This document shows, piece by piece, positions 24,457-37,875 of a DNA stretch of 64,000 nucleotides; the stretch's first letter is position 1, and the number at the start of each line of letters is the position of its first letter. Under the pieces are notes generated by a model that was not told where the DNA came from, did no database searches, and worked only from the letters and a program-made list of their open reading frames with translations. Position numbers and translations under genes: made by a program. Source of the stretch: Raillietiella orientalis (taxonomy: Eukaryota); contig JAYWIR010000013.1 of assembly GCA_036172245.1 (NCBI GenBank), positions 2,728,001 through 2,792,000 of the forward strand, given 5' to 3'.

Positions 24457-26452
24457 CTGAAAGCGGAAGCCAGGAAATGAGCAGACTCCGGGACGAGAGT
24501 GAACGTAATCAGAAGGGACATCAGGATGGGGGCGAAAACCACTCTGGAAGAAACCCCCTTCCAAAAGCGGACCTTGAACCTGGAGCAAGAAAAAAACGAA
24601 GATAAAGTGATAAAGTGGGACCGTTTCCTTAACAACTTGATTGCGGAAATCAACACAAACGCAAGGCGGGGACAGGGGGGGGGGGGGGACGCAGTGCAGA
24701 GGGATGGAAAGCAGAAACATCCACGCAAGCCGAGCGCAAGCCAATCTCGACTTCGTGACCGTTGGTCAGAACGCGGGCAGAAATGACACGTGGCAGAAAC
24801 GAAAAGCACGTCATTCCGTCGTCCCCTCACGAAGTCCAGACGCCCCCTTTCATGCGGGTCTCAACTTCTCAGCCCCAAAGCTGCTTCCCCCCACCTCCAG
24901 AAAAATGAACTCCCGTTGTGAAATCGTTGCGTTGGAAAAGGAGGAAAACTCCTTTGCGACCGCACAGCACGTAATTCTTTCGGACGCTCTGTCCACACTG
25001 ACTGACGCAAGGCCGGAGCCGTGCTACGCTCGCCATACTGAAGCTGCGCGCGGACCAGTTACGGTTCGCTTCCCACCGCAACTCATCTCCCACCGCATCC
25101 GACGACGAAACGCTTGGTCTCTGTTTCACATGAGGTTTCCTCAGAGGGGACGTCTTGGCTATGGGCTGCGTCAGCCACGTGGTGGTCAGCTCACGATGTG
25201 GAAGTGAAAGGGAGAAGTGCACGCGGCTCCATCCCTTCTCTCCGGACGACGGGAAGTTGGAAAATCGGCGAGAGGATGCGGGGTCCAGAATCGCAGCACG
25301 GGACGTCGCAGGAAGGAGGAGGAAGGAGTCCCCGTCGGCAGGAAGGAACGGCGCGGCCGGAGCAGCTGCTTCTCTGTAGCAGCCGACGGATGATCGGTTG
25401 TCCTCCCCACAGCTCAGATCGGCTCTCCTCAGTCCCCTGCTGGGGGGTGAACTCTTACACGAAGAGTTCGCGGTACGTGGATCGGACATGGGCTAATGGA
25501 TTGAACGCTTCCTTCCCTTCCGTCCACTTTCCGTCACGGAATGACCAGTGTGTGTGGGGGGGGGGGGGCAGCGTGTCTTCCGGAACAGCCGGATGCGCGT
25601 ATTTGGTCCCAACACTTTGCAGCCAACTCACGGGGGGAATCCCTCAAAATTGCGCGAGATCCCCCCTTCCTCCGCATCCTTCCAGCAAATTCGTGATGCA
25701 CGTCGACTTTTCTTCGTCGTTCGCCCTAGAAGGAGGATGACGTCGCCTCGGGTTCTCGAAATAAAACGCGATGGCAGGCACCCCATGGCATGCACCTCGA
25801 TCTTCCGAGTTGGGGCGGTGCGTGATCGTGGACTTCAGACGACGTCGGGGATCTTCTGAAACAAAGATTTCCGCTCTCCTCTCTCTCTCTGTCTCCCTCT
25901 GTATTTTTTTTTTTTTCTTCTTCTTCTCTCCTCTTTTTTTTTGGCTTTTATCTTGCTGCATCGAATCGCGCACAGTCAGGTGGGGTGTGGCCACGCAGCA
26001 GACACTGCGCACGCTCCGTCCCCCAGCCGCTATCATGGAACGGGCAAGGTGTCTTCCCAGAGTTGCATACCGAATTCGTTGGATCATCAAATTGGTGTTT
26101 CTCCTTTTATTGAACGCGCGAGTGTTTTCTTGCCCTCGAAATAGACTCCGCTGCGTTCTTGGCAGAGCACTGCTCTACCTGCAGCCTCATTCTCCTCGCT
26201 CGGCTGCTGTGCGCAGAAGCGAGCGAGGAGGGTGCAGTAAACATCCCAACGCCCTTTTGCGTCGAAACTGCGCTGCTCCTGGCTGTGCTTGCAGACGAGC
26301 CGTTCGGGTCCTCGGGTCAAAGAATCCCAAAACGGGAGCCGAACATCGTATGCTCGTGGAAAGAGCGCGTCGCAGAGCGACCGTGGCGGTGCTTAGCGGC
26401 CTTTTCAGGAACTTTGGAAAGTCGGGAATGGACGTTCCGAGAGGGAACGCAC

Positions 26453-26647
26453 CCGTTCGAAACTGAAGGAGTTGGGCTCGGGAATTTTCAGCGTCAACGA
26501 GCATTCCGGAAAACGAAATCGACATCGCTGGAGGTCGTCTCCCGCGAAAAGGAGGACAAAGTCCCCATTTGCGGCTCCACTACGCGAACTTGCTCGCCGA
26601 AACGGAAATCCTTCAGCTGCCTTTCCAACGGACCCTGAGCAGATCTT
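26453..26647 (-). CDS. Candidate exon of an unidentified gene
   Basis: Strong acceptor (gcttttcctgctttcag), GTGCGT donor, open phase-0 frame KICSGSVG..PNSFSFER. Confidence 0.3.
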
Positions 26648-27276
26648 CTGAAAGCAGGAAAAGCACAAAATGAGGAAATCCAACGGATTCGTGTCACTTC
26701 TTTCGCTGCCCGCGCCTCAGCGCGTTAACCGTTGGAAACATCAAACGGGATACGCACGGGAGGGAGGAAGGAGGACAAAAAAGCGGAGGACACGTCATCG
26801 TACACTCGCACAATTCCTTTCGTGGACATTCCTCTATGTCGTTCGCAGTACTTTATCTAGGTGATCGGCATTTAACTCGATGCTGCTGGTTGTCCTATAC
26901 AACGCTGGCTCCTTTCCTGTACGAAATAATGGGAACATGGGCAGCAAGCACATAGGGCTCTGTTATTGATTATGTATTCAAGATGGACAACCATTTCAAG
27001 CTGCTTAATAATTCACTACAGGTTTTTTTTTCTTTGTTTTCAAATATGCAAAAAACCATATGAAAGATCAGATCAGAGATTTGCATGAAAATGAAGGAAT
27101 ACAAAAACTGAACATTTTCGATGGCGCTGGGAAATCTCAGTATTTCGGATCCCATCATGCGTCCGTATCAACGAGGCAGAAACTTCTGGGATCAAATAGG
27201 TTTTTTCCATGCTGTGGGCTGCCTCACGATGGCCGCTGACGGATGTGAGTCGATTCCCGGAAGTGATCCTCATGTG

Positions 27277-28099
27277 CGAGGTGAATCTCAAAAGTAAGGG
27301 AAGTAAGGGCGGATCGGATAGAAAGAAAGGAACAACATAAAAGAGAAACAAAAACGTATTGGTGGTTCTGAAGACATACGTCCCCGTGTCATTTTTCCAC
27401 GTGGTCGCGATTCTCTTTCCCAGCACTTTGGATACCGTGGAAGGAGCTTTTCGAAACCGTCTGCATGACGTTCCGCCGCCTGGGAGTTCGGCAGCACGGC
27501 GGCCTTCCGCTCCCCACTTTGCCCCTCGAAGCTCTTCCTGAGGGGTGCAGGAAGGAAGACGCGGTAGTCAGCATGCGTTGCCAGGGGGAGAATTCCCGAC
27601 CTCAGCACTCCACGTCGTCGGTTCTGCTGAATGGCACGCCGCAGCTTCGAGAATGTTCCACAGCAGGCTGGCCAAGTGGTGGCCGTTCCAGGCTCCATAA
27701 AGTCCACCAAAAGCACACACCCTTTTGGTCCCACGCACTGCCGTCCGCACATTCCGGACGATTCGGAAATTCAAATGGTAACTTTTTGATCGCCCACCTT
27801 TCAGTCTTGACCTCGCTCCCAGTGACTACCACGTCTTCCTTCCTGCACCCCTCAAGAAGAGCTTCGAGGGGCAAAGTGGGGAGCGGAAGGCCGCCGTGCT
27901 GCTGAACTCCCAGGCGGCGGAACGTCATGCAGACGGTTTCGAAAAGCTCCTTCCACGGTATCCAAAGTGCTGGGAAAGAGAATCGCGACCACGTGGAAAA
28001 ATGACACATGTCTTCAGAACCACCAATACGTTTTTGTTTCTCTTTTATGTTGTTCCTTTCTTTCTATCCGATCCGCCCTTACTTTTGAGATGCGACTCG
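27277..28099. mobile_element. mariner-derived MITE with ~280-bp inverted arms (two transposase 3' halves)
   Basis: Arms 27277-27570 and 27824-28099 are reverse complements, with termini CGAG...ATCTCAAAAGTAAGG. The + strand reads FSLDLAPSDYHVF (YSPDLAPSDY motif, ~27800-27840). The - strand reads VLLVDFMEPG..FSKLRRAIQQNRRRG. Confidence 0.9.
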
Positions 28100-29019
28100 T
28101 GAATAAAGGAGTGCCGCTAGATGATATTCTTCACCAGCATTTTCATGCTTCGTGGGTAGAAAAAACACACGCGCACACAAGAAAAAAAAACAAAGGTGTA
28201 TTTGCGATGAACCCAGCAAATGCTCACACCTTGCTCATGTTATTGCAGAAGGGATGAATTTTGAGGAGAAACAAAAATCGGGGGTGAGGTCTTGCGGCGT
28301 ACCCCGCGACCGGCGGGCGCTGCAGAAGACGAGGTTGAAAAGAGCGAAAGGTCTGCAACCACTGTTGTGCAGGACCAGGTTGGCAAAAGGAAAAAAAGCT
28401 GCTCAGCAAGGAAACCAGCCCGGGGTTGTTGGTATCTGTCAAGTGATGCCCTACTCTCAGCTCTCTGAGCCCTCTGGGTGCTGGAAGGTCGCACGGAATT
28501 CAAAATCCTTCGGCGGGGCGCGCAATGCGCCGGCCAAGAAAATCGGCAGCCGTTCGATCCTCAGCTTCGTTTCGTCCGTGCCTCGGAGAAGTTCTTCTTC
28601 GACTCTTTCACCCGCATGCTCCGCGGCCCTCGCGCTTGGGCCTCCTCGAGCGCGAGCGCTGTTCCCGACGGTTAACGATCGTTCGCCGGGCTGCCTCCCG
28701 TAATTTTAGAACGATAGTAAGCCATTTGCCCCTCCCGCGAAATCGAAAACGAAAGCCGTCTTCCCCCTTCGATTCTCCAGAATAGTTCGTGCAGCATTTC
28801 GGGTTTACCTTTTAGAACGTAAGCCAATTCACTGTTTTCTCTCTCTCTCTCTCTCTTGAATCTTTCGTACTCATCTTTACAAAAACGTTGCTAAAAATAG
28901 TAAGTGTGCTCTAGGAGTGCCCACTTTTCCCACATGGTATTCATCGCATCCCCGAGAGTGAAGAGCAGCACCATAAGGACACTCCTCTTGAAGGGGCTTT
29001 TCAAGACGCTCCCTTCATC

Positions 29020-29912
29020 TTCACAGATTCGTTGCTCCGTACCACAAAAGCTCGAACGCAATTCGTAGATCGTCCCGAACGATCTGGGAAAGGAAAGACG
29101 CGAAGCTCCGCTTGCTCATCCTGACCAATCTGGAGACAGCTTCGTCCCACCATTTAGCAGCTTGGATAGCCGCCTGGACTCGCCGTTCCATCTTGAAAAA
29201 GATGGCGGATGTCGCCCACCGGACCCCGTGTTCCCGTGTTCTCTCCCCGGTGGGAACGGGATGTTCTGCTACTCCTGCGCCGAGGGGAATCGCAGCACAA
29301 ACACCTGGGGCAGCTGCCTCCCCGAACTCTTCGAGGTGAGGGGCGATAGGATCGCTCCCGCACCTCCTGTTGGACTGCGGTGACCTGGAGGACCTGCGGC
29401 GGGGACTCGCTTCGGCGCTCCGTCGACCGCAGGACACTGCAGCAGACTTGCTGTGAAGATTCTTCGCAGAAAGCGGACTGAAGAAGGGAGCTGCGATCGC
29501 GACAACATCGGTTGCATCCGCGCCAGGGTGACAACCCGCCACGTGCTGGGGTCGGGTTCGCGGCGAAGAGAGGCCGCCGGCATGGCAGCAGTCCTCATGA
29601 GGACAGCAGCAAGGTGGTCTCGTCTGCCAGGAGGAGTCACCAGGGAGATCGCCACCGTCCACAGACGCTTCCGGAAAGAAACGAACGTCTTCAACCCTGT
29701 CCCTACCCTCCCGTCTTTTTTTATTTATTCACTGTCCTCTCCCTCCGTTCCTTACTTTTTGGAAGCCGGCCTGCGTGCCGGCGGTCCTCCCTGATGAACT
29801 TCTTTTTTTTTTCTGGCATTTCCTGTTTCCGGATGCGATTCTTTCCCCTCTTTCTTGTAGTTTGTTTTTTTTTTTTTTAAATAAACGTCCCCGGCGTCAC
29901 CGGGTAGAAACC
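29020..29912 (+). mobile_element. L1/Tx1-like LINE 3' fragment
   Basis: SPNSSR*G..SLPHLLLDCGDL zinc-finger remnant; double-hairpin UTR at 29761-29801; AATAAA at 29880 plus hairpin 29890-29904. Confidence 0.85.
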
Positions 29913-30149
29913 AGACCCTAGTGCCTCCCCTCCCCTCCCCTACAAAAGGGAAGGCTTTTCCAAAAGTAAGCAGAGAAAGTGACAATTGGAGACTTGAAGT
30001 GTTGTGTGCAGGAACACTCGAAAAAGTGCCCGCAAAAATGCATCCTTGTTATTCTTGTCCGAATGCTGCGTGATGGATTCACCCCTCCGCTGGTCGGACT
30101 AGGGATGGTGTTAGGGGCGACTCCAAACTCCACCTTTTCCTCCGGAAAC

Positions 30150-31390
30150 AGAGGTTGCGGGAGCAACGGAGATGACGTTGACCTCTGCAGCCTGCTGAAC
30201 CCCAGTCCGAGACTGCAAAGTGGCGAAACGGGAGGACTTTCGCAAGACCCTTGTGAGACAAGGAATCGCCTTGGCGAGTCCTTCCTTGCCACGGTTGCTT
30301 GCCTTGAAGCGCGCCACCTCGGAGCGGCCGTCTTTCCCCACTCTGAACCGCGGTGGGGACGAATTAATTAAAGACTCGTGCGCGCAACAGTCAAGAAAAC
30401 GCTACCACTTTCGCGATCTCTGGGTCGCTTGCGAGTCGCTGCCGCCCGTGAGGTGTCAGGCGGCACTGCGCTGTCCTGACCGCACGGTTTCGTATCCCGA
30501 GGAGGTGCGGGAGAGTCCAGGATGGTTCTCTTCCGCACGCCCGAACATCAACTTCCCTTTCGAGCGGTCCTTGCAGGACGTCCTGGGCGTTGCACACACG
30601 CATCCCTTCATTTTCGCTCGTCTGATGAGGATGCTCCTCAGGAAGAAGGCGACGATCACCCGCGGTCTTCAAACAGTCCTCCCAGGACCTCCAGTTCGGG
30701 AGTGTCGTCCTTTCCGATTGTCCGCCTCACCGCTCCCCAATCCTGGACGAGGGTGCATATGTGAAGGTCATCTTCGGTCGACCCGCATGCCCGGCACTGG
30801 TCGTCGTCACGGTTTCCGGTCCAGTGTTTGATGCTCGTGCCGCACAGGATGCCTCCGTGGTGGAACATCAGGAAGTAATCCTGAATGTCCGGAGGCAAGG
30901 AGGTTCTCCACAGGACCATCCCGATCGCCACTGGGTCGAGGGTGGCGTTCCCCTGCCCTGCTCCTCGTCCTTCCCGTCTCTTCGGATGGTGTTACCTCTT
31001 CCGGTATCTTAATGTTCTTCATCCGCGGATTCAATCTCTGGACCAGTGCATGCCTTGGTCTTGCCGAAGCTTCGCGCGTCCTATGTGTTTATCCTCCCCT
31101 CCCGTGTTCTCTTGCACGCGAGGACTCGCAGCGCGTGGATGACTGCGGACTGTTCGACAGTCGCTCGCATTCTTCCAACGTCATCTTCTTGTTATTGCGC
31201 TATGAGGGCTCCTGCGTCCCAAGGGACGCTGATGAACAGCGGTGTCACCTTGGTTAGCTCCTTGTCCCAGAGCGTCCGGGTACCATCTTTGAATGCAAAG
31301 TCCACAGGAGACGTATTCTCGTCCACGTCGGGTCCACCACGTTCTTCCAGTGGCCCTCTGCAAGCACCCGTATGGAAGCGGCCGCCACTC
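30150..31390 (-). mobile_element. L1/Tx1-like LINE ORF2 3' fragment (divergent subfamily)
   Basis: ORF 30656..30931 reads LPPDIQDYFLMFHHGGILCG..HWTG..QCRACGSTEDDLHIC. Confidence 0.75.
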
Positions 31391-32719
31391 CCAACAAAAT
31401 AAAAATAAAAAAAAAAAATGCCTTCTCTTTTATAGGCACACATGAGCATGGCAAGGACGACGTGAACAGCGTAAAAAACACTCGTGAACGAGCATAAATT
31501 ATCTGCCTGGTAGTGTACACCACATAAATTAGTATACGGCTCACACAACATGGAAAAACGTAAATTTCATTCATACTATGTACTCGTGAATATTTCGCAC
31601 ATTTTCCACGTAATGTACTTTACGCTGTTTTTCTCGTTGCAAAAAAAAAAAAAAAAAGGAAATGCGTCCAATCACTCCCACGTGGATGCGCGTACATAGC
31701 CGATGTTATGTACCGCGTGTTCATTACATGCTCTCACTCATCCCGCGAAATGCAGCGCGTGGACCAACTTTTCAGCATAAATAACGCATCCGTCTACCGG
31801 CTGTTTGTACACTCACCTTTGCCGGAATCGAAATCTCGAAAATTTATAGAATGTTGTTGATTGCACCGAGGTGGGTGGTCGAAATGAAAAGGAAAATAAT
31901 TCTGGATAATGAAATAAAAGAAACCAAATTGCTCGTCAGTAACACCGAACAGATTCAGTAACATTACAAAGAGTAAAGATGATGATGGCGACACGGCATA
32001 AAATTTTATCCAAACTTCTCCACGGTTGCTTTTTCCCGAACTCGGGAGAGAAGAACGTCACGAGCGGAGGGTGGGGTGGGGGGTGGGTGGACGGACACTT
32101 TCCTCAACAGCGAAATCGGACGAGTGGTCAGTAACTTTGTCGACATCGAATTTCGGGACCACGGTTGCCCCCATCCCGATTTTCTTCCGCGTGCTCCATG
32201 GGAGCGTTCGTAATGGCGCCCGGATCGTGAACTTCATCCGTCTTCTCCTTCCGCCCATCCCTCCATAATCCCAGAGTCACTTTCTACATTTTCTCTTATG
32301 GAATGGAATGTGCGATGGCGATGGGTGTGTCGTCTCCATCAGGAAAACAGCCGATCGGCAAACTCGGCTCCATTCCTCAAGCTGATGATGAATGCAGCTG
32401 CTTAAAAGCATTCACAATAACGCTCTTTTTGGGGATTTCGTTCCACCACTCTGCTGCAGCCATAGAAGCCACACGTCTTTTGGTGTAATGAGAAAAAAGT
32501 TTCTTTCATCGGATGGCAGAAAAATCAAAATGCTGACTACATCGAGGGTTGCCCATGTCAAAGGTTTCTTTTATCAAAGGTGACTGCATCGAGCGTGTAC
32601 TGTGTATGCATCGCCTACAGAGAACAGACACGTGCGTGTTTTTTTTTTTTTTTTTTCCTTTTCATGTGTGCTTGCGGATATTTGCATTCACGATGTTCTT
32701 GGAGGGTCCCTTTCTTGTC

Positions 32720-33250
32720 GCTCCCGCTGCATCTGGGTGTTGCTGCCTGGAGGCAACCGGCACACACCCTGGAACCGACCGAAGAAGATTCGAATACACA
32801 AAGCTACGATGAGGGCGACAGGGGCCTGCCCCTGGGACAACCAGGAATTGCAGGGCGACGCTTGCTGGCGGCCGGCATGGAAGTTTCGTGGTTGCGCCTC
32901 GGGGAAGCGAAGGGCGGCGGAGACCGTCGGGGAGTCCGAACAGGTCACCACCCGGAGCTTCCTCCTGCTTGTTTGCCAGCAGCAGGAACGTCCCTACTCA
33001 GCGCGCACGCTCACTCTGGTGGCAGGGGGGGTCTTCTTCAAGGCAAGATGGTGAACCAGTCAACGAAAATGCCTCATTCGTTCGTCCTCCTCTGGCCCCC
33101 TGGATAGAGGCATTGTCCTTCGAAGGAGAGAACAGTTTCCTGCTCCTCCGCAGAGCGGGGATAGAGTGATGAAGGCCTTGGGCTGCTTCCGGCATTCTCC
33201 TTCGGGCGCGCAATGTCGACACCTAGCTGCAGCCGGTGGCGATAAGGCCG
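32720..33250 (+). mobile_element. Decayed LINE ORF2 fragment
   Basis: AWRQ block and QVTTRSFLL block shared with other copies. Confidence 0.45.
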
Positions 33251-33299
33251 ATCGCCTAGGAGTGATCCGCATCTGACCTTGTTCGCTTTGGCCTGAGGT

Positions 33300-34450
33300 G
33301 TAGCATCAGCAGCGCAGCGTTTGGCGCCAGACCCGCACCCATGAGGCGCCCGGGCTCGGGGGCCCTGTGGTCACGGTCTCCGCGCGTGGCACCACTCCTG
33401 TACGAACCCGAAACCCGAAGCAAACTCTCTCTTTTGCCTTCAGGATCGTCCAGCCACTGTCCCGGAGGAACTGAGCCGTCAGAATATCTTGCGGGAACAA
33501 GAAGAGAAGCAGTAGCGCTTCGTGGAAGTCACTCATAACAACGGTCCGCTCATCAGTGGACGGACGCCCGACCACAGACGAGCCCCACAAACGGCGACGC
33601 ACACACACCTTGCGTCGTCTAACAATCTTTTTTCCCGTGCAAAAACACCCCTACCACTAGGGGGGGGTTGGTGCACTCCCTCGGGTTCGCAAGAGGGCAC
33701 AGCTCCTCGAGTGGGTGGAGCTGCCCTTGATTTTTCCGGTGCATCGGCGATGGAAACGAGGGCTGGGGGGGGGGAGTGGGGTAACCTTTCTCCGCGCACC
33801 TTCAACTGACCCTCAGCCCCGTGCAGTGGGAAAACGGACGTGGGCGGGGCGTCGAAAAAGCATCGCAACGATGGTCCCAAATCTCTCCCGGTGGAAACTG
33901 CGTGCTGGTTACGAGCGAGCGCACCCATTCGAGAATGATGACCGGAGGTGCCAATGGACCGCACGAACCCGCAGCTTCGCCGCATCTGGACCGGGAGTGA
34001 GCTTGCAACAGATGGCACTCTCGAAAATTCCAGGACCGTAGTCAGCCACGCGCATCTTCCGCAGGTCGGCAACGACGTCCCCTCTTCTGCCTGCAATCGC
34101 TCATCTCCGCGGACCGTTGCCCTGGTTCCAAGGCACCTAGAGAACCGTTCTCCTTTCCGTCTCGGTGCTCAGCGTGAGGAGCCCTGGAGGAAGAAGCTCA
34201 ACAGGCAGAAAACCCGGCAGCACCTTCCCTGCACCTTCTTCAAGCACATGGGAACGAACGCTCCCCCGACTTGCCCCGAATTCCGGATTTTCAGCTCTCG
34301 ATCTCTCGTTCAGACTCTCAGGTCGGGGGTCGCACTTTTGAAGCATCTCAGCATCAGCGGAAGTTTGATTTCGAAAGCACCGCTGCCTCGCCTGCCATCT
34401 TCCGGGCGTTCTGTAAACTAGCCCACCTATCAGTCGGTCGGTGGGTCCCT
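33300..34450 (-). mobile_element. Decayed LINE reverse-transcriptase domain
   Basis: Degenerate RT motifs in the expected order: ADLRK, PPVIILEWVRSL, a remnant of the QG..LSP block, LLDD at the YADD position, and RTVVM. Confidence 0.5.
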
Positions 34451-36097
34451 GCACATCCCCTTAGGCCTTTTGTGTGACTCATGTTGCAACCGGGGCAGCC
34501 GCAAACAAGCAGCTCTCCCGAACCGAGTCCGACACGCCCTCGTTCTTTCTCGCACGTATCGCGCGCGCGTCATGGGACGCCGAAGAAGCGAGCGAATTCG
34601 GGACGGAGCTGACTCTTGATGCCCAGAGAAGAACTGACCGTGCCTGCCTTGTGAGCGTAGGCGGCGGCGTTGTGTGGGGGAGGAGAAGGAGCAGGAAGGC
34701 TGGGGCCACCCGCGCCGCCTTTCGCAGCGTCCAAGAAACACTCGGGAAAAGCGCTGCACGGTGCGAGTAGGGGCAGACTGCAGAAATTCAGCAGCAGCAG
34801 TGGCGGTCTGTGGAAAGCTGCAGGGAGGAACTCCGAGGCCCAACAGAAAGGCCAAGTCCGGTTCGCTCCTCCTGCGGGACTCGACAGCATCCGAAGATTT
34901 CTTTGAGTTTCTGCCTCTCTCTCCCTCCCTCCCTCTCCCGCTGCTCCGAAAAATTGCACGTTGGATATTCCTTTGATCTTCTGCTTCGGTTTCGGAACCG
35001 GAGAGAAGCGGTGGATGTTCATTTCTTCCAGGCTGGAATTTTAATCGTCAGGAGGGATCTTCCACTCTTGAAATCGTTTCCTTTCTGGACCGCGGAAACG
35101 AAGGCAGCGGATCGGCACCAAAAAAAAAAAAAAAAGAGAGGCACAAAAGCAGCGCGAGGAACCATAATTGCGTTTATTTGGCTTTCGGCGCTCCGCCATC
35201 GTCTGCGCCGACCGAGGCGACGAGCAAAAAGGTTTCGCAATTCGCCCGTTCCAGACGCGAGCGCGCGCGCGCGCGCGTCGAGCATGGCAACGGCAGGCGC
35301 GGCAACATGGCCGGCGCCGCTCCGAACGAGGGGAGGGGGGGGGGGAGGGGCGTAACTTTCCCTCCGCATCGCGCGCGGCTGCCGAAACGCTTTTTGCCTC
35401 CGCGGAAGTCTCACCGGGATGGGGGGGGGGGAGGAAAAAGGAAACAAAAGACTCGAATGCCTGGAAACTTTCTCTTCTTTCCTTTGCATCGCGTCGTGTT
35501 TATCCAGTTGCACGAGCAGCAGCGGCAGCGGCAAGGAAGCCGGGAACAGCTCACACACGGTGTCACACGACGAATCGGCTCAGTCAACAGACGCTTTCTG
35601 CAAGAGAACATCCAAATTACATTTTTCTTCTTCTTCTTCTTCTTCTTCTCTCCCCCCCCCCCCCTCTCTTTTAGTTAGTTCTCTTTGCCGCGCAGAGAGA
35701 AAGGAAAAGCAAAGGGAGCACGGGAAGCGTCCGATTCGGGAAGGGCCCGTTCGGTTCCGATCCTGGGAACCCAACATCACCGTAAGGAGTGCCGTCTCGG
35801 ATGCTGCAAACAGAAGATCCTCAGGTGCCTCTCCGTCGCTTCCGCTCCTCTCGCCCAAGCGCTCCGGGAAAAGCGAGCGGGCGGGCGGGGGGAACGTTTC
35901 CGCCGGCCGCCGCCCTCCGGGAGATGCGTCCCCCAGGCTCGGAGTGGAAGGAGAGAGAGGGCCCGGACGTTCCTTTCACTGACGGAGCGCATCCCGAATT
36001 CGCTGGACGGCCAGAAAGGGAAGGGGGGGGGGAATCCACGCGTGCGCTCCGCCGATCCCTCAGGAACTGCCGCCTGCGGATTGTGCGCCGGATGTGG

Positions 36098-36136
<39 letters not shown>

Positions 36137-36859
36137 CTGCTGCCGCTGTTTTCTTTTTTTCTAACGGGATGGCCATTCACATGGCATGCAAAGGATGCCA
36201 TCATTTGACGATCATCATCCCGCGTTCTGCCCCTTCTTGTTTCGTAGGGAGAGAGGGGGGGAGGGGGGGAAGCGAGCGGAGAGGAAGCTCGCAATTAGCA
36301 GGAAGAGCACGGATTCCGTGCCGTGGCATCTGAAGGGGAAGTTTCAAGCACACACGACTTTTCCGTCCCCACTCTTCCTCCTTCTTAAAGAGCAAACAAA
36401 CAGCCGAGAAGCGTAAAATCTGGAAATAAACACGGGAACAGATCTGGGAGGCGGGAACGCCACGGTGCTGGATTTCTGAAACCCCCCACCGCTCTCTCTC
36501 TCTCGCCGATCTCGAACGGAGCAGCGTCTTGCTCGGGAGAGGATAAACAAACGACAGAGTGGGGGAGGGAGGGAGGCGGGGGTGGGAGGCCGGCGTTCCT
36601 CCTAGCGCGAAGAGGGGCGCACCGAAGCGGGCAAAGAGAAGAAACCAAACACGGAGCGAGCGAGAGTGTGGTGGCGCTTCGTCGCTCGGAAATTGCGCTG
36701 CTTCGAGGGGACGAGGGAGACTCTCCGGACTGTTCAGGCGAGCGCGCCCGGCGCGAAGACCCCGCGAGCAGCAGCAGCAGCAGTAACCTCGGAGAGTGTG
36801 GGAGAGCAGAGTTTCGGGCGGCCGGCGCGGAGCAGCAGCGAACCTCCCCTGAACTGCTC

Positions 36860-37860
36860 ACCCATGAGGGTTTCGATCCACCAGGTGCACCACCGTCTGC
36901 CCAGATCTGCGAGGAGCAGGAGATGGCGATCGCCCCCGGGGATGAAGTGCATTTTCTCTTCTTCCTCTTCTTCCCCTTTTCCGTAGCTCTCTTTCGGATG
37001 AGATGGTTGCAGCAGCACCTCGCGAACGACGGCGCTCTCCGGCGCGTCTTTCCGGCCATCCGGACCCGGCTTGAGAATCCGTCGCCGGCGGACCCCAAAC
37101 TCGCGCCTCCGCCCGCCACTGGCGGATCCTCCCCCTTCGAGCCGCGAGACTGCTGAACGCCCAAAGCCAGTTTTGCCTTTGAGCAGTCCAAGAAGCAACG
37201 CTGGAGCAGGTCGTCTTCGCACACGCCCTGGTGGTCCGTCGGTTTCCGTTTCTGCGCCCCCCGCCCGCTCTTCGTGAGAGCTGCGAGCGCCCCCCTCCCC
37301 ATCGCATGAGGCGCCATCCTCGGTCCCGTCCCGCAGACCGGCAAAAGAGACGACGTAAGCGCCGGCGTCCGCTACCAATCCAGAGATCGGGAACGACGGC
37401 AGCTCCAGGTGCGTTCCAGCGAGCAGCTTCAGAGGGTTTCTACGCGGGCTGAGAAACTGCTGGCGCGATCGGTGCGCCTGGTCAGGCTCTCGGTCCCTGA
37501 CGTCGAGTTCGCGGTCAGCGACCGCGCGTCGCGGCGTATCCCGACGACGAACCGATTCCTCACGGGCATGCTGACTTCACTGCGGTGCCGGACACTGACG
37601 ACCTGGTCAAGATGCGCCCAATAGCTTGTCCTCCCCCCCTTCCTTCCCGTGTCTGCGATGCTTCCGACCACCGCCCGTCCTGCGGGCAATTAGCGCGGTG
37701 TCGAACGCCGAAATTCAACGTGGACAGATTTCGGAGACGCGACGAGACTACAGCGAGTGAAGATTCCCGTCGCTGGGACGCGCGGATTCGGCCCCGAGGG
37801 CCATCCGATTCGCCGAGCGCAGCTTCTTGGATCATTCCAACGTGACAAGCACAGCTGCCT
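36860..37860. pseudogene. Coding-like, GC3-rich but interrupted stretch; strand and product unresolved
   Basis: Protein-like translations on - (36734..37378) and + (37409..37624); stops and frameshifts on both strands. Confidence 0.25.
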
Positions 37861-37875
37861 CCCTGAAAGTCTGCT

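Noticed and set aside
27277..28099. Domesticated SETMAR gene
   Set aside because: Frameshifted, rearranged, TIR-bounded and lacking a SET domain.
29783..29912. Hammerhead ribozyme (GTC..CTGATGA..GAAA) in the LINE 3' UTR
   Set aside because: CTGATGA occurs in only one copy, stem I cannot form, and GAAA is more than 100 nt away with no stem II.
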